A program made the position numbers and the translations under genes. From the IMG/VR virus record IMGVR_UViG_3300005662_000128, positions 1-32,632 of that record: a stretch of 32,632 nt of DNA. One strand, given 5' to 3'. Source of the stretch: a virus (lineage: Duplodnaviria; Caudoviricetes). Shown piece by piece: positions 16,861 to 24,734 of the stretch. The notes beneath the pieces are model-generated. The model was not told where the DNA came from. It saw nothing but the letters and a program-made list of their open reading frames with translations, and searched no databases. Positions within the stretch are counted from its first letter, which is position 1; every line of letters starts with the position of its first letter.

Positions 16861-17247
16861 TCAGGGGCTCACATTGGCGCACAATGCCGCCACCATCTGA
16901 GCTTCCCCAGGTTTCGCACCCTTCGCGATGGGACTGCGCCAACCAGTCCACTTACTGGCTTCAGTGACATTAATCTTCAGAGCAGAACAGCTGACAGCGA
17001 CGGAAGTGGGAGTCTGAGCCGACTCCCCTTTACATGTCCGGAAGGTAGTTCTCACACCGTCCTTACTAAGTTTCCACTGATCCCAGAGATAAGTGCATTC
17101 CGAGAATGTTTTTTCCGTAGCAACAGCCGGCGCTTGCTCCATTATCTTTTGAAGGATCTCCTGTTGACGGTTCTTGGTTGGTTCTGGTTGAACAACAGGG
17201 GGAAGTTCAGGGAGAGCGGTTGCGAGGAGTGCCATCATGTCGATCAT
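16861..17247 (-). CDS. putative secreted Cys-containing protein
   Basis: Hydrophobic N-terminus; 4 Cys; VAVSC..LKIN pattern. Confidence 0.75.
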   Translation of the reverse strand: MIDMMALLATALPELPPVVQPEPTKNRQQEILQKIMEQAPAVATEKTFSECTYLWDQWKLSKDGVRTTFRTCKGESAQTPTSVAVSCSALKINVTEASKWTGWRSPIAKGAKPGEAQMVAALCANVSP

Positions 17248-17251
17248 ATCT

Positions 17252-17776
17252 TCAAGGAGTGGTGAGAGGTACGTTATTCATGAAGTCATTGATGCTAGCA
17301 TTACTCACACAGTTCTGCAACTGCCCCACAGTGTAGACACCGTATTTATTAGCGAGATAAGATTCGCACCGTCGAATGTTGCCCACTTGCCTGGGTGGAG
17401 CAGTGTACGCATTTCTTTTAGGGTCATAAGGCGCTTCGTAACTCACTTGGTACCTTTGCTTGCATGAGTAAGGATCAAGGGAATCGACCACTTTCTTGAC
17501 GTTCTTTTCAATGCTATCTAAATGGGAATTCGCAATGACGTCATTGTTAGCGGACACTCCATTCAGTTGAAATGCCTTGAGCAAAGATTGCCCCACATCC
17601 GAAATTCCTGGGAAAGTCTGCCGATTGTTCCGAGCATTGCAAATAACATACGCTTGCAGAACGGAAATGCTCTGGATTTGCTTATCAGTCAAATACTTCA
17701 GAGGAGCGGCGTAAGACGGTAGACACGAAAACAAAGCTGATGCAGAAATCAGAGTTTTCAGGAGAGACCTTTTCAT
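17252..17776 (-). CDS. putative secreted protein
   Basis: Signal MKRSLLKTLISASALFSCLPSYA; Cys pairs. Confidence 0.75.
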   Translation of the reverse strand: MKRSLLKTLISASALFSCLPSYAAPLKYLTDKQIQSISVLQAYVICNARNNRQTFPGISDVGQSLLKAFQLNGVSANNDVIANSHLDSIEKNVKKVVDSLDPYSCKQRYQVSYEAPYDPKRNAYTAPPRQVGNIRRCESYLANKYGVYTVGQLQNCVSNASINDFMNNVPLTTP

Positions 17777-17783
17777 TGTCAAT

Positions 17784-18029
17784 CTAGTACACATTGGGGC
17801 ACATGGGCTTGACATCTTTCATGATGACGTTTGCCAGGTACTTTGGTTGACCACGACCAATCAACATTTGCTCCAACATATACTTACCAGAGATACCGTC
17901 TTGGTTAGCCATGCGAAGAGCAGAGCAGATGCGATACTTCTCGGCAGAAGATGTAGGGCTTTGAGCCAGAGCGGGGAACGAAGCGGTTGCAGTGCTCAAG
18001 AACAGAGCAGCAGCGATCAGTTTTCTCAT
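17784..18029 (-). CDS. small secreted protein
   Basis: Signal MRKLIAAALFLSTATASFPALA; IC...CP pair. Confidence 0.8.
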   Translation of the reverse strand: MRKLIAAALFLSTATASFPALAQSPTSSAEKYRICSALRMANQDGISGKYMLEQMLIGRGQPKYLANVIMKDVKPMCPNVY

Positions 18030-18045
18030 GTTCTCTTGGAAAGTC

Positions 18046-18135
18046 GGGAGAAACAACTTCCCCCATGAGTTAAATATAGCTCAACCCGCGAAATAAGTAA
18101 AGCCCTATGCAAGAAAAAAGGACGGTCGCCCGTCC
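18046..18135 (-). promoter_or_regulatory. terminator plus promoter module, copy 3
   Basis: GGACGGGCGACCGTCCTTTTTT; TTTACT-17nt-TATATT 18073-18101. Confidence 0.75.
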
Positions 18136-18142
18136 CTCTTTC

Positions 18143-18598
18143 TTATCCCCATTTGCTGTAATCAGTTGGAGGAGTAGTTGCTGCGACGGTCCGTTTCTTT
18201 CGGTTGAATCTCTTGTCGTTAGCTTCCATCAGCCCTTCTCTCACAACTTTGGTGCTAAAGAAGAATCGCTTTCCTTCGTGGTTTTCAACCACCCATGGGT
18301 TGGCATTTCTGCGAGGATCCACATCCACCAAGGTGAAAGTCTGATGACCCAGTGAATCAACTTTGAATGGCTGCTGGATGTTTAAAGACTCATGGCCTTC
18401 CACCAACAGCATCTTCCAGCAATCTATCCGCCGCATCCTTGCTTGCGTGGAGGTAGTTTCAAAGGCGAAGTGCAGATTGTTGTCAGGAGTGCGACCAAAC
18501 CGAAAATCAGAGGCTAACTCCATGTCTCGTTTAGACAGTATCGACCGGACGGCTTCTTGCAGTTCTCGTTTCAGGTCAACAATCGTTTCTTGGTTCAT
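18143..18598 (-). CDS. hypothetical protein
   Basis: 151-aa ORF in operon order. Confidence 0.75.
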   Translation of the reverse strand: MNQETIVDLKRELQEAVRSILSKRDMELASDFRFGRTPDNNLHFAFETTSTQARMRRIDCWKMLLVEGHESLNIQQPFKVDSLGHQTFTLVDVDPRRNANPWVVENHEGKRFFFSTKVVREGLMEANDKRFNRKKRTVAATTPPTDYSKWG

Positions 18599-18616
18599 GT
18601 TAAGATTAAATTGAAA

Positions 18617-18898
18617 TTAGCGGCGCACGCGCCCAAGGTACTTAACCGCATGCATCAGATTAGCTACATCGTCTTCCCATGCAATCCGGCTGGTGGTGTC
18701 CAGGGCTGGACCCTGCTCTTTCAGGAAATCAACATGGTAATACATAATCAGTTCGGCCAGCTCCAACGTCAAGCCAATCACATCACAGGGGTGAGCCTGA
18801 TTCTCATTGAGAACTGAGACGACCTGTTGAAACAGAGTTTCGGTGATCTGCATTTCGGCAAGCTCTTTTGGAGTGTCAGGAACTTTTGTTTCTTTCAT
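18617..18898 (-). CDS. hypothetical protein
   Basis: 93-aa ORF. Confidence 0.75.
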   Translation of the reverse strand: MKETKVPDTPKELAEMQITETLFQQVVSVLNENQAHPCDVIGLTLELAELIMYYHVDFLKEQGPALDTTSRIAWEDDVANLMHAVKYLGRVRR

Positions 18899-18950
18899 GG
18901 TAGTTTAAGCAACAGTAGACCAGAACAATTTAAGTATACCATTTATTACC

Positions 18951-19190
18951 TCAGATAGCAACCCCCCTGTTCTCGAAGAAGGTCTTAAATTCCTCATCCG
19001 TAGTATTGTCTTCCAAGGTGTCAATCAGCTCGCCATCATTCATCTCATCGAGCATCTCTCCATTTGTGCTGGTGAAGAAATACTGCAGATCCTTCACACT
19101 TGAATTATCGAGCCAACGCAAAACCACGAAATCGCGGATGGCTTCGCGCTGTTCCTGGGAAAGTTTTTTCTTGGTAACAATAAAGGGCAT
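18951..19190 (-). CDS. small acidic helical protein
   Basis: 79-aa ORF; pattern shared with 23993-24714 and 28193-28414. Confidence 0.75.
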   Translation of the reverse strand: MPFIVTKKKLSQEQREAIRDFVVLRWLDNSSVKDLQYFFTSTNGEMLDEMNDGELIDTLEDNTTDEEFKTFFENRGVAI

Positions 19191-19241
19191 TGACGTGGTT
19201 TGAACCCGACAAAATAACTATAGCTCTAAACAATCTCAATG

Positions 19242-19277
19242 AAAAAGGGGGTGACGGCCCGAAAACCACCACCCCTC
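19242..19277 (-). terminator. intrinsic terminator
   Basis: GGGGTG...CACCCC TTTTT. Confidence 0.55.
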
Positions 19278-19297
19278 TTTCAAAATGCCGACTGAAC

Positions 19298-19729
19298 TCA
19301 GCGGCAGTTACGCAAAACGTGATTGAAAATACGCTCGCGATCAGCACGGGGTAGTTCTTGCAGCTGATTTGCAAACAGCTCAGCAGGCACTTCGACTATT
19401 TTGCTAAGCCAATGTACACCGAATACAGAGGAATCTGCATTCTTCGAAGCAGGCCAGATTGTACGAGCAACTCCAGACATGGTGCTACCAGTGGCAACAC
19501 CGACTTGTGCGTACCACCGGTTCCCCGATTTGGCGTAGTTAATTACAGGAGTGTTGGGAGAGATTGTCTTGCGCTTACCGCTAACAACCAGACCATGAGC
19601 TTGGCCAATAGCCAGATGCTCAAGAGGAGTGGCTTCTTTGATGTTTAAACCAGCAGGCGTGTAATAAAACGCAGCGTATGACTCCTCGGTTTGTAGGACT
19701 GGAGCTGTGTAGGTTTCTGATTGAGTCAT
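19298..19729 (-). CDS. hypothetical protein (143 aa)
   Basis: ATG 19729 avoids overlap with the upstream gene. Confidence 0.75.
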   Translation of the reverse strand: MTQSETYTAPVLQTEESYAAFYYTPAGLNIKEATPLEHLAIGQAHGLVVSGKRKTISPNTPVINYAKSGNRWYAQVGVATGSTMSGVARTIWPASKNADSSVFGVHWLSKIVEVPAELFANQLQELPRADRERIFNHVLRNCR

Positions 19730-19814
19730 GTTAAACCGTAGGTATTGTAGGTTATTTGAACCGGTGAAGAGGCTCTCACGAACCAACACCAAGTTTACCT
19801 CACAATGGGCTGAC

Positions 19815-20042
19815 TCATTCACTCTGCGCAGAGCCTTCCGCAAACAGCTCCCTAATGTCAATTTCTCGTTGGCATTCTCGTCTCAGCCACTCGCAGACCG
19901 CATACACTTCGGTCTTGCAATCAAACACCTGAGCCGCTAGGCGCAAATCACGACTGGGATACTCGAATTCATCGAGCATGAGTTTGAGAGCTTTTACATA
20001 TTTCGCGTCATTCATGGTCTCAATTTTCATCGTCTGTGCCAT
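19815..20042 (-). CDS. hypothetical protein
   Basis: 75-aa ORF. Confidence 0.65.
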   Translation of the reverse strand: MAQTMKIETMNDAKYVKALKLMLDEFEYPSRDLRLAAQVFDCKTEVYAVCEWLRRECQREIDIRELFAEGSAQSE

Positions 20043-20676
20043 GCATCAGATCTTTCCAACCAGGAGCCACATATTGGCAACGCCATCCCTTGTGATGTTG
20101 ATTGGGATATTTGGCTGTTTGAAACATGTGCCGATCATCCAGACCCATTTCTTTACAGAACTTAGCTAAACCGCGTATCCGGTAAACGTTGCCTTCCGGG
20201 TCAATAACGATGAACTCTTTACCAGTCTCTTTATGTTTCCCTAATTCTTTATTTCTACGGTAGGTCTCAGCCCTCTTTCTGTTTATTTCTGCCAGTTTCT
20301 CTGGGTCTTTTGTTAAGAACCCGATGCCTTCTTCCGCTGCTTTCTTGCCCCATTCTTTGGCGGCCTCTTTCACTGGCTTGTTGCTCTTCAATCGCTTGGC
20401 ACTGCGATAGAACTTCCGAGCAATTTTTTCCAACTTGGATCGATGCGCACCCAGCTTATTATCCGCCTTCCTCCACTGCTTACCCAGCTCTACAAAAATT
20501 TCGCGATCTTCTCGTTTGCCTGTCAGACCCCATTTCAAGTAAGCCATGCAGAATTGCTTACGCAGGGAGAGGTCGCCGACCTTTTCAAGCCGAGCACTCA
20601 CGTAATAATATGTGTCCACCAGCGTGCGCCAATGCGTCTTCGGCATTTTAGCGTAACTGCCTCTCTTCTCCGTCAT
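20020..20676 (-). CDS. basic NUMOD-type DNA-binding protein, homing endonuclease-related
   Basis: C-terminal IDPEG...GL.KFC.E.GL...HHKGW. Confidence 0.65.
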   Translation of the reverse strand: MTEKRGSYAKMPKTHWRTLVDTYYYVSARLEKVGDLSLRKQFCMAYLKWGLTGKREDREIFVELGKQWRKADNKLGAHRSKLEKIARKFYRSAKRLKSNKPVKEAAKEWGKKAAEEGIGFLTKDPEKLAEINRKRAETYRRNKELGKHKETGKEFIVIDPEGNVYRIRGLAKFCKEMGLDDRHMFQTAKYPNQHHKGWRCQYVAPGWKDLMHGTDDEN

Positions 20677-20882
20677 TTAACAAACAATCCAGCAATGTTA
20701 ATTCCGAGCATGGTGGAGATAACCATGATGACATCCCACATTCGCTCTTTATAAAAATAAGGCAAACTAAATATGCTGCTGAAAATGATGATGGCTAACC
20801 CGATACGGCGTGATACAAACAGCAAAATATATTGGCCCAAAATCAGGCCAAAATTGCTCATCACTCTGAGACGCGCCATCAT
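20673..20882 (-). CDS. small membrane protein
   Basis: Three hydrophobic segments; coupled overlaps. Confidence 0.7.
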   Translation of the reverse strand: MMARLRVMSNFGLILGQYILLFVSRRIGLAIIIFSSIFSLPYFYKERMWDVIMVISTMLGINIAGLFVK

Positions 20883-21010
20883 TGCTCATGATACCCGATT
20901 ATGACATAGCCCTGGTTGCGTAATTCATCGAGAGCATGTTTACCCCAAGGAACAAAGCGCCATTCGGTTTTACCACCAGGCAGCAATAAATGCACCCATA
21001 TGTAGCGCAT
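20879..21010 (-). CDS. hypothetical protein (43 aa, MRYIWVHLLLPGG...)
   Basis: Fills the gap; ATGA overlap. Confidence 0.55.
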   Translation of the reverse strand: MRYIWVHLLLPGGKTEWRFVPWGKHALDELRNQGYVIIGYHEQ

Positions 21011-21035
21011 TGTTATTCTTAAACTCTAAGTTCTC

Positions 21036-21929
21036 TTACCCGACTTTCAATGCCTTTTTGATTTTGTCCAAGCGAGAAGGCTTCAGGTATGAGCGGAATT
21101 CCAAATCTTGGAAGATGGAAATGATCGCCTGCTCATGAGGAGCCGAAGAAGCAAACCAACGCAAATCAGGGACGTCATGCTCAAGAGTGACTAAGCGCAA
21201 ATTGGCGAGAAACACTCCTGCATTTTCACGCACCTTTGGGTGCATACAAATACGATCTGCACCCGTAAAATCACCGATCGGTTCGTCTGGCTTAGGAGTG
21301 CAATCCTGAATAATCTTCACAGCAGTTTTGGGGCCGATCCCTTTGATGCCGGCGACATTATCACTAGAATCACCAGCCAACGCTTTGAAGTATTTAACGT
21401 CAGCAGGATAAACGCCGAATATGTCTACAACACCGTCGATGTCTACTTCTCTGATTTTCTTCGCTGAGTTAAACAGCAGGACTTTGACCCGATTAGTAAC
21501 AAGTTGAAGCAAATCTTTATCACACGTTAGGATAAAAATCTCTTCGTAACCAGGCGATTTGCGCGAGATTGTGGCGATAACATCGTCCGCTTCAAAACCA
21601 GGAATACCGATCGGAGTGAAACCGAGGGACGGTAACACATCTTGAACCAGCAGATTCATGTCCGCATAATGCGCAATGCCAGAAGGGTCGCGATTCGCTT
21701 TGTAATCAGCATCCTCCTTTTTCCTCCAGTTATTTCCTGCATCATACACTGGCACCACCGAGTCAAACTGGTATTTCTCGATGATCGCAAACAAGGAGTT
21801 GCAGAATGCGTAAGTCCCAGTAGTCGGAATGCCAAACGAAGTCTGCATTTCACCCATTGTCCGAGTGAGCGCAGCCCTGCTTCTGTGGAAAAGGGCGTTC
21901 GTGTCAATCAGAAGTAAACGTTTCAGCAC
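21036..21929 (-). CDS. 5'-3' exonuclease / flap endonuclease (Pol I N-terminal domain)
   Basis: LLID, YKANR, EADD, DKD, ALAGDSSDN..GI.GIGPKTA. Confidence 0.93.
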   Translation of the reverse strand: MLKRLLLIDTNALFHRSRAALTRTMGEMQTSFGIPTTGTYAFCNSLFAIIEKYQFDSVVPVYDAGNNWRKKEDADYKANRDPSGIAHYADMNLLVQDVLPSLGFTPIGIPGFEADDVIATISRKSPGYEEIFILTCDKDLLQLVTNRVKVLLFNSAKKIREVDIDGVVDIFGVYPADVKYFKALAGDSSDNVAGIKGIGPKTAVKIIQDCTPKPDEPIGDFTGADRICMHPKVRENAGVFLANLRLVTLEHDVPDLRWFASSAPHEQAIISIFQDLEFRSYLKPSRLDKIKKALKVG

Positions 21930-22627
21930 AGCTTAGATTCGACTTGAACGTAGGTATTGTTGGTTACATTATAGGCAGTGAGAACCCCTGTGTAAACCGC
22001 GCCGCTGTCTATACAAATTCCACCAGGCACCTCGTAAGGCATTCCCGTCATCTCGTCCCACTCGCCAAACTCAGGTGTGTGACCGAACACCACTTGTTTA
22101 TACGTTTTGGTCCATGACCTTAACTTAGCACCTTTTTTGACAGTACGGCGTTGCCATACAAAATCTTCACGTTTGTATGCACTCTGCATGTAAGTTGCAG
22201 GATCTTCACCAGGAGGTGTTCCGGCATGCGCAAAGATCGTTTTTCCCACGGTCATATAGTAAGGCAAAGCACTCATCCAACCCGCATGTTTATGAAGCTC
22301 TCTTAGCTTGTCATAAGCTCCCCCATTATCGATCCACAAGTCGTAATCTTCGTACTCTAGCGCCTTTAGAAACATGTCTTCGTGGTTACCGCGCAACACG
22401 TAGAAACTGTTTAGGCCCCAAGAGTTTGGATCATTTAAAAGAGCTTTGGCAAGCTCAAGCACACCGACGTCGTCCGGGCCTCGATCAATCAGATCACCGA
22501 GACAAATGACGGTAGCGTTGGTATCGCGCAGTTTTTCCATCATCGCGCGAAATAGGTCTAGCCTGCCGTGGATATCTCCGATGGCAATTACGCTGTTATT
22601 TGTGAAAGAGTCAGTAACATTAATCAT
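21923..22627 (-). CDS. Ser/Thr protein phosphatase (calcineurin-like metallophosphoesterase)
   Basis: GDIHG, GDLIDRG, RGNHE, HAG, GHTP, IDSG. Confidence 0.92.
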   Translation of the reverse strand: MINVTDSFTNNSVIAIGDIHGRLDLFRAMMEKLRDTNATVICLGDLIDRGPDDVGVLELAKALLNDPNSWGLNSFYVLRGNHEDMFLKALEYEDYDLWIDNGGAYDKLRELHKHAGWMSALPYYMTVGKTIFAHAGTPPGEDPATYMQSAYKREDFVWQRRTVKKGAKLRSWTKTYKQVVFGHTPEFGEWDEMTGMPYEVPGGICIDSGAVYTGVLTAYNVTNNTYVQVESKLC

Positions 22628-22635
22628 GGCTTAGT

Positions 22636-23115
22636 TTACTCGTTAACCATGTCATTTTCATTATCGACGGCTGTGAACACAACGTGGTCAAATCCCTCGA
22701 AATCAATTGTCTTCAAAGATTTCTGCAGCTCAGAGTGCATGTCCTTAATTACGTAATCAGGGACAGAACGTTCCCGCTTGAAATTGCGAGCAAGGCAAGT
22801 GGCTAAAGAAGGGTTTAGAACGACAGCCCTGATCTCAGTGTAACCGAAGCTGCTTAGTAGAGAAAGAATCTCATGCCGATAATCGCGGCGGAAGTGCGTG
22901 CCATCGACAACTAGGTTAAGTCCGCAGCTTTCTGAAACAGCTTCTTCAACTGCTTCCCAAATCTCACCCCAATTCCCCTGAATCTCGGGCGAACCATATA
23001 AACGGGAACGAATATCGTCATAACAAATTACTGTAGCGTTTTCGCGCTCGGCCAGGCGAGTGGCATAGGTGCTTTTTCCGGACCCAGGAGCACCCACCAT
23101 GACAAATGCCTTCAC
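22636..23115 (-). CDS. P-loop kinase (AAA_33 / polynucleotide kinase-like)
   Basis: GAPGSGKST, DDIR, VVDGT, RN..RER.VP; GTG start. Confidence 0.88.
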   Translation of the reverse strand: MKAFVMVGAPGSGKSTYATRLAERENATVICYDDIRSRLYGSPEIQGNWGEIWEAVEEAVSESCGLNLVVDGTHFRRDYRHEILSLLSSFGYTEIRAVVLNPSLATCLARNFKRERSVPDYVIKDMHSELQKSLKTIDFEGFDHVVFTAVDNENDMVNE

Positions 23116-23303
23116 AGAGACTCCATCATGCGCTTGATGCACTGAAGTGTTTGCCTTGAGTAGCCAGCCGTGTGAGCGTAGCCTTTCTCCCTGTAGTTTT
23201 CCTCAGTGAGGGCGTCCTCATAAGCGAATTCCGCTGCTGCAATCAGCTTAAGAATCTCTTCTTTCGTGGTTTGATCAACGAATGGTTTGTTCGTGGGGTC
23301 CAT
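23112..23303 (-). CDS. hypothetical protein (63 aa)
   Basis: ATG 23303 downstream of the promoter. Confidence 0.65.
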   Translation of the reverse strand: MDPTNKPFVDQTTKEEILKLIAAAEFAYEDALTEENYREKGYAHTAGYSRQTLQCIKRMMESL

Positions 23304-23328
23304 GGTGAAATCGATTTCCGATAACCCG

Positions 23329-23357
23329 AGTATAGCGGTATATGCGCAAAAAGTAAA
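23329..23357 (-). promoter_or_regulatory. sigma70-like promoter
   Basis: TTTACT-17nt-TATACT. Confidence 0.7.
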
Positions 23358-23358
23358 G

Positions 23359-23577
23359 TCAGTGAAATGTTGTGGCGTAATAGAATTTGCATTCCTCAAC
23401 CCACTCCTTAAGCGGGTCATCTACCACATCATTTTGTTTTCGCAAATATGCTTCTACAGTCCACACTGTTTCCCGCAGCTCCAAATCATTCCAAGGTCGG
23501 TCTACAACCAAAATCTTAAGCGTGTGAGCGCGAAGAATCTTGCGCAGCTTTTCTTGCAGCTTCTTTGGGTCTTTCAC
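23359..23577 (-). CDS. hypothetical protein
   Basis: 72-aa ORF about 25 nt after GGGTAAAA. Confidence 0.6.
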   Translation of the reverse strand: MKDPKKLQEKLRKILRAHTLKILVVDRPWNDLELRETVWTVEAYLRKQNDVVDDPLKEWVEECKFYYATTFH

Positions 23578-23615
23578 GACGGAGCTGATTCAGTTACCGG
23601 GTTTTACCCGATGCC

Positions 23616-23741
23616 TTACTCGGAACACTCCACTTTTGCGTAACATTCAAAGTCAGAGTTGGCGGAGGAATCGCGAATCGCTAGGGCTGTTACTCCGGTA
23701 ATGAGGGCAACAGCAATGAGGCACAGATACCGAGTCTTCAT
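23616..23741 (-). CDS. tiny secreted or membrane protein (41 aa)
   Basis: MKTRYLCLIAVALITGVTALA signal. Confidence 0.55.
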   Translation of the reverse strand: MKTRYLCLIAVALITGVTALAIRDSSANSDFECYAKVECSE

Positions 23742-23746
23742 GGCAT

Positions 23747-23878
23747 TCAAAGGTAGGAGAGAGTGAAATGACGACCTTGCTCTCGCAACAGACTGATGGT
23801 CTCGCGCCATTCGGGGTCACTCTTTTCGAAGCTAACGTTGATTCGCCGGGTTCCGAGGAAGTAGGAAATGAGAACCAT
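23747..23878 (-). CDS. hypothetical protein (43 aa, MVLISYFLG...)
   Basis: Directly after promoter 23903-23931. Confidence 0.5.
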   Translation of the reverse strand: MVLISYFLGTRRINVSFEKSDPEWRETISLLREQGRHFTLSYL

Positions 23879-23902
23879 GGTTGATGAAACATCCATGGGC
23901 TA

Positions 23903-23963
23903 AATATAGCGTGAAAATTGCCAAAAAGAAAGCGGCTTTCTGAAAATCAGAAAGACCGCCTTC
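23903..23963 (-). terminator. terminator overlapping a promoter (TTTCTT-17nt-TATATT)
   Basis: GCGGTCTTTCTGA TTT TCAGAAAGCCGC TTTCTTTTT. Confidence 0.7.
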
Positions 23964-23992
23964 GTCCCTTAGGGTGTTAAATTGTCAAGTAT

Positions 23993-24714
23993 TCAAGCAG
24001 GAACAGCTTCGCCTTCCGGGGCAGCTTCCTCGGCCGGAGCTTCGGGCACTTCAAGATTGAAGGCTTCGAGAATGTCGCTGTAACCAGCTGCAGAGATAGA
24101 GCGGATCACATCTTCATCAGACAGATTGCCGATTGCGGCTTGCACAGCCTCTGAATAACAAGTGTTATCGCGGAACTCTTTATTTCCGCTTCTTACTGTT
24201 TCCAGTAAGTTCAGACTATATCTTCACCCGTTTACGGGGCAGGGCATTCGTGGATCCATTACTGAGTTTCCTCTCGGGATCTAGTCGTTGAACCTTCCAG
24301 CTTGTAGGCTGGCTTGGCTGCTGATTTCCCTCGGCTTAACGTTAGGGGGTCCCAGCAATTAACCCTGTTTGCTGTAAGAATTACTTCTTACAGGAGCCTA
24401 TTCAGTTGACCCGGATCAGTTCACGCACACGTGATCCACAAGTTTACCATTCTTGTGGGGTGGACTATATCTTCAACCGATGCGGTTGTCGGGCGCTTTA
24501 ACCTGTCATTAAGGGGGCTTTACCCCTCAGGTAGTCTCTGAACGTTCCCCAAGTGTACTTGGGGCTTCGCTGCTGATTGACCGTGTTAGGAGGCTTTCCA
24601 GCAATTCACCCGATGATTAACCCAATGATTACTCAATGGGGCCCCAGCGATTTAGGGCGCGTTCTCAATCACACGACTGGTGAGAACATTTACGACTTCG
24701 GTACGGTTTTCCAT
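23993..24714 (-). CDS. spliced 81-aa protein; exons 24714-24654, 24427-24409, 24158-23993
   Basis: Joined exons give 246 nt: MENRTEVVNVLTSRVIENAPLRELIRVYSEAVQAAIGNLSDEDVIRSISAAGYSDILEAFNLEVPEAPAEEAAPEGEAVPA. Confidence 0.85.
24159..24408 (-). ncRNA. group I intron 2 (250 nt, ORF-less, subgroup IA-like)
   Basis: P AATTGCTGGGA, Q AATCAGCAG, R TCAACGACTA, S AAGATATAGTCT; P10 CTGAATAG/TTATTCAG; terminal G. Confidence 0.92.
24428..24653 (-). ncRNA. group I intron 1 (226 nt, ORF-less, subgroup IA-like)
   Basis: P1 GCCCU/GGGGC with U.G at the splice site; P AATTGCTGGAAA, Q AATCAGCAG, R TCAGAGACTA, S AAGATATAGTCC; P3 TCGGGTG/CGCCCGA. Confidence 0.92.
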
Positions 24715-24734
24715 TTTTGTAAAAAGTAAGTTTG

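Noticed and set aside
20939-20975. GGTAAA motifs as promoter copies
   Set aside because: They are Gly-Lys codons of the 43-aa ORF
23653-23892. 79-aa ORF
   Set aside because: Two non-overlapping small ORFs in other frames fit better
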